64,000 nt of DNA from Alphaproteobacteria bacterium. GTDB lineage: Bacteria; Pseudomonadota; Alphaproteobacteria; GCA-2731375. The notes beneath the pieces are model-generated. The model worked only from the letters and a program-made list of their open reading frames with translations, had not been told where the DNA came from and did no database searches. The number at the start of each line of letters is the position of its first letter. Within the stretch, counting starts at the first letter, position 1. The position numbers and the translations under genes were made by a program. This document shows positions 19,167-28,010 of the stretch, piece after piece. The stretch spans positions 576,001-640,000 of the forward strand of contig CBDDPY010000002.1 in NCBI GenBank assembly GCA_965232515.1. The letters run 5' to 3'.

Positions 19167-20000
19167 GTGACGGACAACAAGGATCTCGCAAGCGGGGTGC
19201 ATACGGACTTCGAAACATCCATGAGCTATGGCGATTACCTGCGGCTGCCGGACCTATTGGCCTGCCAGTCGCCGCTGTCGGACAAGCACGACGAGATGCT
19301 GTTCATCATCATCCACCAGTCGACCGAGCTGTGGATGAAGCTGGCGATTCACGAGCTGCGCGCGGCCGTCGAGAACATCCGCGCCGATCAGCTGGGGCCC
19401 GCCTTCAAGATGCTGGCGCGCGTGTCCCGGGTGCAGGCGCAACTGATCCAGTCCTGGGATGCGCTTTCGACCCTGACGCCCGCCGACTATCTGGCGTTTC
19501 GCGATCTGCTGGGCCATTCGTCGGGCTTCCAGTCGCACCAGTACAGGACGATCGAGTTCCTGCTGGGCAACAAGAACCCGGGCATGCTGGCGCCGCATCG
19601 GCACACGCCGGATGTCCATCAGGCCCTGGAGGACACGCTGAAGGCGCCCAGCGTCTATGACGAGGCCATCATGCTGCTGGCGCGGCGGGGCTTTGTGATC
19701 GACCCCTCGCAGACGGCGCGCGACTGGTCGAAGACCCGCACATCGGAAGCCTCGGTCGCCGCGGCCTGGACGGCGGTTTATCGGGATACCGAACGATACT
19801 GGGATCTTTATGAACTGGCGGAAGAACTGGTCGATCTGGAGGATTCGTTCCAGCAGTGGCGCTTCCGGCATATGACGACCGTCGAGCGGATCATCGGACA
19901 CCGTCAGGGCACCGGCGGCACGGCCGGGGTATCCTATCTGCGCCGGGCTCTGGAGATTCGTTTCTTCCCGGAGCTGTGGGACATCAGGACGTCGCTCTAA
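19167..20000 (+). CDS. kynA: Tryptophan 2,3-dioxygenase
   Basis: [54 protein letters not shown]. Confidence 0.96.
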   Translation: MTDNKDLASGVHTDFETSMSYGDYLRLPDLLACQSPLSDKHDEMLFIIIHQSTELWMKLAIHELRAAVENIRADQLGPAFKMLARVSRVQAQLIQSWDALSTLTPADYLAFRDLLGHSSGFQSHQYRTIEFLLGNKNPGMLAPHRHTPDVHQALEDTLKAPSVYDEAIMLLARRGFVIDPSQTARDWSKTRTSEASVAAAWTAVYRDTERYWDLYELAEELVDLEDSFQQWRFRHMTTVERIIGHRQGTGGTAGVSYLRRALEIRFFPELWDIRTSL

Positions 20001-20122
20001 ACAGGCAATTTGCCGAAAACTGTGTTAGTTTCCCCGCCAACAACGCCGGGAAAACCCGGCGAGACAGCAGCAGCGCGACCAGAATGGTTAAGACGCTGAG
20101 CAGGGACAGGCATTTGTAACCG

Positions 20123-20389
20123 ATGTTGTTCTTTACCTTCTGGATCGTGGCGTTCGCCGCGTTTCTTTCCGTCGATGTGCTTCTTCGTCGTGATGACAGG
20201 ACGAACGAAGTAATTTCAATGGCTTGTGCTGCGATCTTTGCATTGATTGTGACGTTTTGCCTGTTCCTGGTATCGACGGTCATCCCAGTCTTCATGCCGG
20301 TGACGAAGTTCTATCTGATCGCCTTCGTCGCCGCCGTCTCGGCGCGGCCTCTGGGCGTGATCCTGACGCGCGCCCGTCACGCAAGATAA
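20123..20389 (+). CDS. Small hypothetical membrane protein (about 3 TM)
   Basis: 88 aa with three hydrophobic segments filling an otherwise empty gap; no clear RBS. Confidence 0.45.
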   Translation: MLFFTFWIVAFAAFLSVDVLLRRDDRTNEVISMACAAIFALIVTFCLFLVSTVIPVFMPVTKFYLIAFVAAVSARPLGVILTRARHAR

Positions 20390-20561
20390 ACGGCGACCGC
20401 ATGGCGGCCGCCGTCGATCCTTTCTTCCGATTAGGCCGTGGACTCATAATCTCGTAGCCAGAGCCGGATCGCAGCAGGCTTGACGAATGCAAGAATGTTG
20501 GCAGCGTGTCTCCCGTATCGCGTTGCGATGCGCCGACAGTGCCGAGAGAGGAGACTGGCAT

Positions 20562-20957
20562 ATGCTGGAAGGAACGTGCCACTGCGGTGAAGTTGGCTGG
20601 ACACTCGAAGCATTGCCAAAGTCGGCCACGGCCTGCAATTGCACAATTTGCCGGCGCTACGGCGCCCTGTGGGCCTACGGGTACATTGGCTATGACATCC
20701 AAACGACCGGGCAAACAAGTGCATATGTGCGTCGCGATAGCGGGGATATCTATTTCCACTTCTGCGCAATTTGCGGGTGTGTGACGCACTACGTTGCAAG
20801 TACCGAGGATGAAAACGGGCGCAATCGGGCTGCCGTAAATGTACGGATGTCTGACCTTTCACCGATCAGCGAGCTTCCAATCCGTCACTTTGACGGACAC
20901 GATAGCTTTAAAGAACTTCCGCGTGACGGCCGGACGGTAAAGGACATGTGGTTTTGA
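20562..20957 (+). CDS. GFA (CENP-V) family zinc-binding protein
   Basis: GTCHCG, CNCTICRR, FCAICG; GAGGAG RBS. Confidence 0.9.
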   Translation: MLEGTCHCGEVGWTLEALPKSATACNCTICRRYGALWAYGYIGYDIQTTGQTSAYVRRDSGDIYFHFCAICGCVTHYVASTEDENGRNRAAVNVRMSDLSPISELPIRHFDGHDSFKELPRDGRTVKDMWF

Positions 20958-21123
20958 AGCGTTTCCAGAAAGCCGACTTTAACGTGTCGTAGATCAACGG
21001 CAGCGCCGTCCCGCATAGCCGACCTGCGCGGCCGATGGATCGGTTTCTGAGGTTCTACCGAAATCGGTCATCGGCACTTCACTGTTTATGAGCACACGCC
21101 CTAGTACGGGCTGTCGCCGAGCT

Positions 21124-21513
21124 CTAGATCGCCATATACGTTACCGGTGGGGTTGGCGGCGACGTTGTCGTCCGGGCGCGCACCTTCGGCAGGGCGAACA
21201 TAAGATGGTCCAGCAGTGTATCCGTCGCGAGGCCGTCGATGGGCAGGCCGGCGTCCCGCTGATAGGTCTCGATGGCGCGCACGGTTCGTGGCCCGATCAT
21301 GCCATCGGCCGGTCCGACATCGTAGCCGCGATCGCCCAGTTCTTTCTGGATGGCCCGGGCATAGGCCTTTCCCATCTCCGGCGGCATGACCTGAACGCTG
21401 CTGCCCAGCGGCGGCAGGCTGTTGCCGCCGGCGAAGGCTATCTTGCTGGCAAAGACGCCCAGTAGAACGACCGCCACGATAGCCAGGATTTTCTGATCGA
21501 GCGTGGTTAACAT
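21124..21513 (-). CDS. Exported peptidoglycan-binding domain protein
   Basis: N-terminal hydrophobic segment; IQKELGDRGYDVGPADGMIGPRTVRAIETYQRDAGLPIDG. Confidence 0.85.
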   Translation of the reverse strand: MLTTLDQKILAIVAVVLLGVFASKIAFAGGNSLPPLGSSVQVMPPEMGKAYARAIQKELGDRGYDVGPADGMIGPRTVRAIETYQRDAGLPIDGLATDTLLDHLMFALPKVRARTTTSPPTPPVTYMAI

Positions 21514-21552
21514 GCCCGTGCCTCCCGATACGAAGCCAACACGTGTCTGGCG

Positions 21553-22029
21553 TCAGCCGGTGATCCGCCAGCTGCCGTCCGGCTGCCGGCAGGCTTCGCC
21601 GTAGCCCTCCTGGGCGCGGCCGCCGACGTAAATCGTGTGCTGGTATTCACGGCAGTACTCGCCGTGGTCGCTGCGGTAGGTGCGTAGCGGCGTCACCGTG
21701 CCGTAATTTTCGGTATCGGGATTGCGCCAGCTGGTCTGGCCGCCCGTCGGCGCGTGTTCCAATGCGTCTTGTTCGGCGCGGGTTGCATAGATCCGGTCGG
21801 CGCGGTCGAGGCTGCGGCCAACCGAGCTGCCGATCAGGGCGCCCAGCAGCGTGCCCGCCGCCGTGGCGGCTAGCTGGCCCCGGCCGCTGCCGAACTGGGC
21901 CCCGGCCACGGCGCCGCCAACGCCACCCAGCAGGGTCCCGATCGACTGCTTGGGGGCTGAATGATGGTATCCGCAGGCGCCAAGCGACAGCGCCAGCGTG
22001 AGCAAAATAGCGGCTCGAATGAAGGTCAT
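21553..22029 (-). CDS. 17-kDa surface antigen (RT0821/Lpp0805-like) lipoprotein with glycine zipper
   Basis: Lipobox LGAC, glycine zipper, WRNPD, YCREY, ACRQPDGSW. Confidence 0.9.
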   Translation of the reverse strand: MTFIRAAILLTLALSLGACGYHHSAPKQSIGTLLGGVGGAVAGAQFGSGRGQLAATAAGTLLGALIGSSVGRSLDRADRIYATRAEQDALEHAPTGGQTSWRNPDTENYGTVTPLRTYRSDHGEYCREYQHTIYVGGRAQEGYGEACRQPDGSWRITG

Positions 22030-22093
22030 AACAAATCCTCGCGTTCGCACGCGGCCCCTGGCCGCCCAATATCGAAAAGCTATCAGGATGGCG

Positions 22094-22132
22094 CTGAAAC
22101 CGACCTGAACGCGCCGTTCATCGAGCGTTCAG
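22094..22132. promoter_or_regulatory. Phased response-regulator binding array
   Basis: TGAA at 22095 and 22106, then inverted GTTCA at 22116 and 22127 (11-bp period). Confidence 0.65.
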
Positions 22133-22163
22133 GTTGAGGTGAGGAATTCCGGGCCTTCGAGGA

Positions 22164-23507
22164 TCAGCTTTCGACGGCGCGCGGCAGGCGAAGTACCGCC
22201 CGCAGACCGCCAATGTCGGAATCGGCAAGGGTCAGGCCGCCGCCATACATGCCGGCGACGTCCCGGACGATTGCGAGGCCGAATCCAGAGCCGGGCACGG
22301 TCTCGTCGAGCCGGGTGCCGCGCTCCAGGACGCGGCTGCGCTGCTCGGGCGGCAATCCCGGACCATCGTCGTCGATGGTGAAGGACAGGCTGTCGCCCTC
22401 CGGCACGGCGTTAATGACCACGCGCGACCTGGCCCATTTACAGGCGTTGTCGACGAGGTTGCCGATCATCTCCTCCAGATCCTGGTGCTCACCGCGGATG
22501 GCGAGGCCGTCCGCACACGTGACCGCGATGTCGATGCCACGGTCGGCGTGAATGCGGGACAGCGTGCGGGTGATGTCGGCGACGACAGGCGCCACCTCGG
22601 TACGCACGCCGAGCACGTTGCGCATGGCCGCCGCGCGGGCCCGGGTCAGATGATGGTCGATCTGCTGCCGCATGCCGACGGTCTGCCGGCGTACGACGTC
22701 GGCGAGCGCGCCGTCGCCGCGCGCCGCCTCGTTCGCCAATACGGTCAGCGGCGTCTTGAGCCCGTGCGCCAGATCGGCGACGTGTCCGCGGGCGCGCTCG
22801 ACCACTTCGGCATTGTGGGCCAGCAGCCCGTTCAGCTCGTTGGCGAGCGGCCGGATCTCCGCCGGGAAGCGACCCTCCAGGCGGCCGGCCCGCCCGGCAC
22901 GGATGTCCGACAGCGTGGCGCCGATCCGCCTGAGCGGCAGCAAGCCGTAACGGACTTGAATGATCATGGCGACGATGAGACCGAAGCCCAACAGGCCGAG
23001 CGAGAGCGCCAGCGTCTGATTGAAGGCCTGAATGTCGGCCGCGACCTCGCGGGCGTCGCCGGCGACCGCGAAGAGATAGCGCTGTTCGGCGCCGGGCAAT
23101 TCGATGTCGCGGGCGATCAGGCGCAACGGTTGGGCGTCGGGCCCCGTGGTATCGATCTTGCGGATACCGTCGGCATCGGGCTCCGCCGCGATCTCGAGTG
23201 TCTGATCCCAGAGCGAACGCGAACGCATCGCCGACTCGGGGCCGGCGTTGATCTGCCAATACCAGCCGGAATAGGGCTGGTCGAAGCGGGTCTCGCCGAG
23301 GCCGCGGCTGAATGTCAGGCTACCGCTGTCGTCGACCTCCGCGGCCGCGACCAGGCTTTCCAGCAGCACCAACAGGCGTTCGTCGAAGTTGCGCTCGACA
23401 TACTGGCGAAACAGCAGGGACAGAGTCAGGCCGCCAACGGCGAGCGCCACGACGCTCCAGACTGCAGCGCCGGCGACCAGCCGAAAGGCGAGGGAATCAT
23501 GCTTCAT
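22164..23507 (-). CDS. Membrane sensor histidine kinase (FeuQ/PhoQ-like)
   Basis: Two TM segments, SGWYWQI, DLAHGLKTPL H-box, NLVDNACKW, DDDGPG, GSGFGLAIV. Confidence 0.93.
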   Translation of the reverse strand: MKHDSLAFRLVAGAAVWSVVALAVGGLTLSLLFRQYVERNFDERLLVLLESLVAAAEVDDSGSLTFSRGLGETRFDQPYSGWYWQINAGPESAMRSRSLWDQTLEIAAEPDADGIRKIDTTGPDAQPLRLIARDIELPGAEQRYLFAVAGDAREVAADIQAFNQTLALSLGLLGFGLIVAMIIQVRYGLLPLRRIGATLSDIRAGRAGRLEGRFPAEIRPLANELNGLLAHNAEVVERARGHVADLAHGLKTPLTVLANEAARGDGALADVVRRQTVGMRQQIDHHLTRARAAAMRNVLGVRTEVAPVVADITRTLSRIHADRGIDIAVTCADGLAIRGEHQDLEEMIGNLVDNACKWARSRVVINAVPEGDSLSFTIDDDGPGLPPEQRSRVLERGTRLDETVPGSGFGLAIVRDVAGMYGGGLTLADSDIGGLRAVLRLPRAVES

Positions 23508-24168
23508 CGGCGCCGTCTGTCAGACGGTAGCCGAGGCCGCGCACGGTCTTGATGAGGTCCAATCCCAGCTTCTTGCGCAGCCGACCGACGAAGACTTCGA
23601 TGGTGTTGGAATCGCGGTCGAAGTTCTGGTCGTAGAGATGCTCGACGAGCTCCGTGCGCGAGACCACGCGGTCCTGGTGGTGCATCAGATAGGCGAGCAG
23701 TCTGTACTCGAGCGCCGTCAGCTTCACGGGGTTGCCGTCGACGGTGACGCGCGAAGCGCGGGTATCGACCCGCAGGTCGCCGCAGACCAGTTCGTTGGTG
23801 GCGTGGCCGGCGGCGCGTCGGACGAGGGCCCGCAGCCGCGCCAGCACTTCTTCGATATGGAACGGCTTGGTGACGTAGTCGTCGGCGCCGGCGTCGATGC
23901 CGGCGACCTTCTCGTTCCAGCGATCGCGGGCCGTGAGGATCAGCACCGGCATATCCCGGCCGGCCTGACGCCAGCGTTCGAGCACGGAGAGCCCATCCAT
24001 CTTCGGCAGGCCGAGATCGAGCACCACCGCATCGTAGGGCTCGGTGTCGCCAAGGAAGTGGCCTTCCTCGCCGTCGTTGGCGACATCGACCGCATAGCCG
24101 GCCTCGTCGAGCGCGGTCGATAATTGCCGGGCGAGATCGGGTTCGTCTTCGATCAACAGAACACGCAT
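23497..24168 (-). CDS. OmpR-family response regulator (FeuP/PhoP-like)
   Basis: LIEDE, LDLGLP, GADDYVTKPF, SNTIEVFVGRLRKKL, TVRGLGY. Confidence 0.95.
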   Translation of the reverse strand: MRVLLIEDEPDLARQLSTALDEAGYAVDVANDGEEGHFLGDTEPYDAVVLDLGLPKMDGLSVLERWRQAGRDMPVLILTARDRWNEKVAGIDAGADDYVTKPFHIEEVLARLRALVRRAAGHATNELVCGDLRVDTRASRVTVDGNPVKLTALEYRLLAYLMHHQDRVVSRTELVEHLYDQNFDRDSNTIEVFVGRLRKKLGLDLIKTVRGLGYRLTDGADEA

Positions 24169-24182
24169 GACGATCCCTCCTG

Positions 24183-24470
24183 TTAACGTGCCCGCAGGAT
24201 CCGGCCGCTGCGGGCATCGACGATCACGACCCGTACCTTGCCGCCGCGGTCGAGGATCTTGATGCGGTAGACCCAGTTGTTGCCCTGCCGGCTCAGCTGG
24301 GTGTCGAGGAGGCGGCCGGGATAGCGCGAGCGCACCGGTCCCAGAACCTCGCCCAAAGGCCGCACCTGGCCGGAGCGTACGGCGTCGCGGGCGCGGTCAT
24401 GATCCTGCGCGACCGCCGGCCCAGCCAGGGTCAAGAACAGGACACACAGAGCGGCGGCTAATCTCGACAT
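24183..24470 (-). CDS. Exported PepSY domain protein
   Basis: Signal peptide; DHDRARDAVRSGQVRPL, YRIKIL, VDARSGRIL. Confidence 0.85.
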   Translation of the reverse strand: MSRLAAALCVLFLTLAGPAVAQDHDRARDAVRSGQVRPLGEVLGPVRSRYPGRLLDTQLSRQGNNWVYRIKILDRGGKVRVVIVDARSGRILRAR

Positions 24471-24483
24471 CTGTGGCTTTTTA

Positions 24484-24533
24484 GTGAATTGAAGCTGAAT
24501 AGGGAATGAACGTCGCACTCAGCTTGGGTTCAA
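24484..24533. promoter_or_regulatory. Second phased response-regulator binding array in the divergent promoter
   Basis: TGAA at 24485, 24496 and 24507, then ACTCAG at 24517 and GTTCA at 24528; same geometry as 22094-22132. Confidence 0.6.
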
Positions 24534-24594
24534 GTGGGTAGCGGCAGGATGGGCGGCGACTCGACAAGACGTCGCGTTGCTAGGAGGAGATCCG

Positions 24595-25068
24595 ATGAAG
24601 AAGCTCATTCTGCTGGCCGTCACGGCGGTCTTCCTGTCGACGGCGGGTGCGGCCCTGGCGGACGGCCATCGGCACAAACATAAGCACGGCTATCACGATT
24701 CGCATCACGGCAAGTACGAGAAGCACCATCACAAGCGGTATGCGAAGCGCCACTGGAAGAAGCACTGGAAGAAGAAGCACTGGAAAAAGCATCGGCGGCA
24801 TCATCACCGGCCGCACTACACATTCCGCTTTCACTGGCCGCATTACGGATACGGCCATCGGAAATGGCGTCATCATCACGCCTACCGTCCGCTGCCGATC
24901 CCGCGCGTGCTGCACCATCTGCGCCGGCACCACTACTACGGCTTCGATCGCGTGCGGCTGCGCGACGGCCACTACAGGGTCCATGCCTATGACCGCCATC
25001 GCCGACCGGTACGGCTGATCGTCGATGCTTATACCGGCATCATCATCGCCCGGCATGGCCGCTATTAG
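24595..25068 (+). CDS. Exported His/Lys-rich protein with C-terminal PepSY-like domain
   Basis: AGGAGGAG RBS, signal peptide ending ALA, His-rich tract, YRVHAYD...LIVDAYTGIII. Confidence 0.8.
   Translation: MKKLILLAVTAVFLSTAGAALADGHRHKHKHGYHDSHHGKYEKHHHKRYAKRHWKKHWKKKHWKKHRRHHHRPHYTFRFHWPHYGYGHRKWRHHHAYRPLPIPRVLHHLRRHHYYGFDRVRLRDGHYRVHAYDRHRRPVRLIVDAYTGIIIARHGRY
24751..24789 (+). repeat. Coding tandem repeat, (HWKK) x3
   Basis: CACTGGAAGAAG CACTGGAAGAAGAAG CACTGGAAAAAG; the third copy extends slightly past the stated end. Confidence 0.75.
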
Positions 25069-25093
25069 GGCCGCAGACCTTGTTGCTGAGGAT

Positions 25094-25134
25094 GCGCCTG
25101 CCGACGGTCGCCATTCGCCACCGTCGGCAGGCGC
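25094..25134. terminator. Long hairpin between convergent genes
   Basis: Perfect 15-bp stem GCGCCTGCCGACGGT/ACCGTCGGCAGGCGC with 11-nt loop; no U-tract. Confidence 0.55.
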
Positions 25135-25140
25135 CGGCAG

Positions 25141-25809
25141 TCAGGAACTCGCGGATCGAAGCTGGGTCGTCTTTTCACGCAGCAGCGCGGTTAGAGCGGG
25201 CAGGCCCTGCCGGCTGATGACCGACGCGAATTCCGACCGCTTGGCGACCAGCAGACTGACCCCCTCGACCGTGACGTCGATGATCTTGAGATCGCCCCCG
25301 ACACTTCGGTGAACGATAAAGCCCAATTCGGTGGCCGCGCCCGTATCGCCGCGAAGCTGCGCGGACACCAGGCTGGTCTTTTCGGCGACCGGCTTTTCCG
25401 CGGTGACGACGAAATCTTGACCGGCATAGTCCGCGAACTTCGCGGCATACAGACTGACGACGTAGTCACTGAAGGCGGCCTCGTAGTCCTCGGCCTCGGA
25501 TCCGTTGAGCTTCCGAGCGTGCCGGCCGAGTGCGGCGCGGGCAATGAACGGTACGTCGAAGCTGTCGGCAAACAGCGTTTCGAACTGCGAAATGCTCGTT
25601 TCCCGTTTGCCGCCGGAGGTTTGCAGAACGGTGATAACCTGCTCTCCGAGCTTTTCGATAAACGATGATCCACCCTGCACGGCGCCCCAGGTTGGGTTGC
25701 CAGACGTCAGCCAGACCAGGAGTCCTGCAATCAGGATCGTCAGGGTAAACTGTTTGTTGCTATTGGCGTTTCCGACTGTTTGAGAGTTCAAGATGACCCC
25801 TTTCAACAC
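25141..25809 (-). CDS. mlaC: MlaC/Ttg2D family periplasmic lipid-binding protein (start uncertain)
   Basis: FDVPFIARAALGRH, KIIDVTVEGVSLLVAKRSEFAS. Confidence 0.85.
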   Translation of the reverse strand: MLKGVILNSQTVGNANSNKQFTLTILIAGLLVWLTSGNPTWGAVQGGSSFIEKLGEQVITVLQTSGGKRETSISQFETLFADSFDVPFIARAALGRHARKLNGSEAEDYEAAFSDYVVSLYAAKFADYAGQDFVVTAEKPVAEKTSLVSAQLRGDTGAATELGFIVHRSVGGDLKIIDVTVEGVSLLVAKRSEFASVISRQGLPALTALLREKTTQLRSASS

Positions 25810-25933
25810 GTCAACAATACGATCGGTGAAGGCGGTTCCGATGTAAGGATCGGCTGGCGATTTTCGTGTGTCGAAGACGTGTCGATTAGGTGGCCGACTG
25901 TCACAGGCGCGATGCGAATGCGGGAGGAAAGCA

Positions 25934-26824
25934 ATGCTGCCAAGCCATGGCCGCTATGAATATTCGGCGATCACCAACAGGCCGGACTATGAATGGCCGA
26001 ACGGCAAACGGCTGGCGGTCTATCTGGCGCTGAATGTCGAGCAGTTCGGGTTCGGCTATGGCAAGGGCGCGGCGATCGCGCCGCCCGACCAGGCGCAAAG
26101 CCACAGCGTCTATGCCTGGCGCGACTACGGCAACCGGGTCGGATTCTGGCGGCTGATGGAGTTGTTCGACGAACTCGACCTGCCGATCGAGGCTCAACTG
26201 AACGCCGAGATCTACACGCATTGTCCCGATATCGCCGAGGCGCTGCGTGCGCGGGGCGACGAGGTTGTCGGCCATGGCCTGACCAACTCGGAAGAACAGG
26301 GACAAATGCGCTCGGAGTTTGAGGCCGATGTCATCGCCCGGTCGACGGCAGAGATAGAGAAACATGAGGGCGCCAAGCCGGTGGGCTGGATGAGCCCATG
26401 GCTGTCGGAGAGTGACGTCACGCTCGACCTGCTGAAGGAGGCGGGCTATCGCTATGTCATGGACTGGGCCTGCGACGATCAGCCGATCTGGCTGTCGACG
26501 CGGGCGGGGCCGATCCTGGCGATGCCCTATCCGGTCGAGATCAACGACAACCGCGCCATCGTCTGGATGCGCCGCACGCCGGCCGAGTTCGCCGACATGA
26601 TCACCGACAACTTCGATGAGATGCTGGCGCAGTCGGCGCGTCAGCCGTTGGTCTATGGCATTTCATTGCACACATTCGTCGTCGGCCAACCATTTCGCCT
26701 GAAGCATCTGCGCCGCGCTCTGCAATACATCGCCGACCGTCGCGATCAGATCTGGCTGACCCGACCGCGCGATATCTGCGCCCATATCGAGTCGTTGCCG
26801 GCCGGCACCGTGCCTGGCGGTTGA
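25934..26824 (+). CDS. Polysaccharide deacetylase family (PuuE-like) protein
   Basis: WPNGKRLAV, DYGNRVGFWR, GHG, GWMSPW, DDQP, ISLH. Confidence 0.88.
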   Translation: MLPSHGRYEYSAITNRPDYEWPNGKRLAVYLALNVEQFGFGYGKGAAIAPPDQAQSHSVYAWRDYGNRVGFWRLMELFDELDLPIEAQLNAEIYTHCPDIAEALRARGDEVVGHGLTNSEEQGQMRSEFEADVIARSTAEIEKHEGAKPVGWMSPWLSESDVTLDLLKEAGYRYVMDWACDDQPIWLSTRAGPILAMPYPVEINDNRAIVWMRRTPAEFADMITDNFDEMLAQSARQPLVYGISLHTFVVGQPFRLKHLRRALQYIADRRDQIWLTRPRDICAHIESLPAGTVPGG

Positions 26825-26889
26825 CGGCCCGAGCTTGTGCCCCGCGTGGCGTGACCCCAAAATAGGCGGGCCATATAGGGGAGGCGTCT

Positions 26890-27993
26890 ATGCCGAAGCG
26901 GCCGATCTCGGCGGACTCGCACATTACCGAGCCGCCGAACTGCTATAGCGACAACATCGATCCGAAGTACCGCGACACCGCGCCGAAAATGGTGCGCGAC
27001 GAAAAGCGCGGCGACACCTTCTATATCGACGGCATCGACACGCCCGTTCCCATGGGGCTGGTGGCGGCGGCCGGCAAGCGGCCGGAAGACATCCGCATTG
27101 GCGGCGCCATCTTCGACGACCTGCATCGGGGCGGCTGGGATCCGTCCTGCCGGATCGCCGATCAGGAGCGCGACGGAATTGCCGCAGAGCTGATCTATCC
27201 AACTGTCGGTATGCTGATCTGCAACCATCCCGACTTTGACTACAAGAAAGCCTGCATGGACGCCTATAACCGCTGGCTGCAGGGCTATTGCGAGGCGGCG
27301 CCGGAACGGTTGTTCGGCCTCGGCCAGGCGGCGATCCGCTCGCCCGAGGAAGGCATCGAGGAATTCCGGCAGATCAAGGAAATGGGTTTCAAGGGCGTGA
27401 TGATGCCCGGGAACCCGCAGCAGGAAGACTATGACAGCGCGATCTACGACCCGCTCTGGGAGGCCGCGGTCGACCTCGACCTGCCGCTGTCGTTTCATAT
27501 CCTGACATCGAACCAGGACAGCCTGACTAAGCAGCGCGGCGACAAGATCAACGGCTTCGTCTCGATCATCCGCGGCTGCCAGGACATCATGGGCATGTTC
27601 GTGTTCGGCGGCGTGTTCGAGCGCCATCCGGATTTAAAAGTCGTCTGCGTCGAGGCCGACGCCGGCTGGGTGCCGCACTACCTCTACCGCATGGACCACG
27701 CCTATAAGCGGCACCGGTTCTGGATGAAGGGCCGCGAGTTGAAGAAGCTGCCGAGCGAGTATTTCAAGGAAAACATCTATCTGACCTTCCAGGACGACTG
27801 GGTCGCGTTCCAGATGAAGGACATGTGCAACGTGCGTCGGCTGATGTGGGCGAACGATTTCCCGCACAGCGATTCCACCTGGCCGCACAGCCAGGAACTG
27901 CTGGCCGAGCACACATCAGGGCTGAGCGAGCAGGAACGCGACTGGATCTGTCACGACAACGTGGCCGAGCTGTACCGGCTTAACGTCGCCTGA
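26890..27993 (+). CDS. Amidohydrolase_2 family protein
   Basis: SADSHITEP, YDPLWEA, FH, GVFERHPDLK, EADAGW, WANDFPHSD. Confidence 0.9.
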   Translation: MPKRPISADSHITEPPNCYSDNIDPKYRDTAPKMVRDEKRGDTFYIDGIDTPVPMGLVAAAGKRPEDIRIGGAIFDDLHRGGWDPSCRIADQERDGIAAELIYPTVGMLICNHPDFDYKKACMDAYNRWLQGYCEAAPERLFGLGQAAIRSPEEGIEEFRQIKEMGFKGVMMPGNPQQEDYDSAIYDPLWEAAVDLDLPLSFHILTSNQDSLTKQRGDKINGFVSIIRGCQDIMGMFVFGGVFERHPDLKVVCVEADAGWVPHYLYRMDHAYKRHRFWMKGRELKKLPSEYFKENIYLTFQDDWVAFQMKDMCNVRRLMWANDFPHSDSTWPHSQELLAEHTSGLSEQERDWICHDNVAELYRLNVA

Positions 27994-28010
27994 GTAAGTG
28001 GAGTAGCGGC

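Noticed and set aside
19984-20295. Minus-strand 103-aa ORF
   Set aside because: Overlaps the kynA end and the more protein-like plus-strand membrane ORF; no motif.
24740-24800. CRISPR-like repeats
   Set aside because: Short in-frame coding repeats without spacers; no cas genes in the window.
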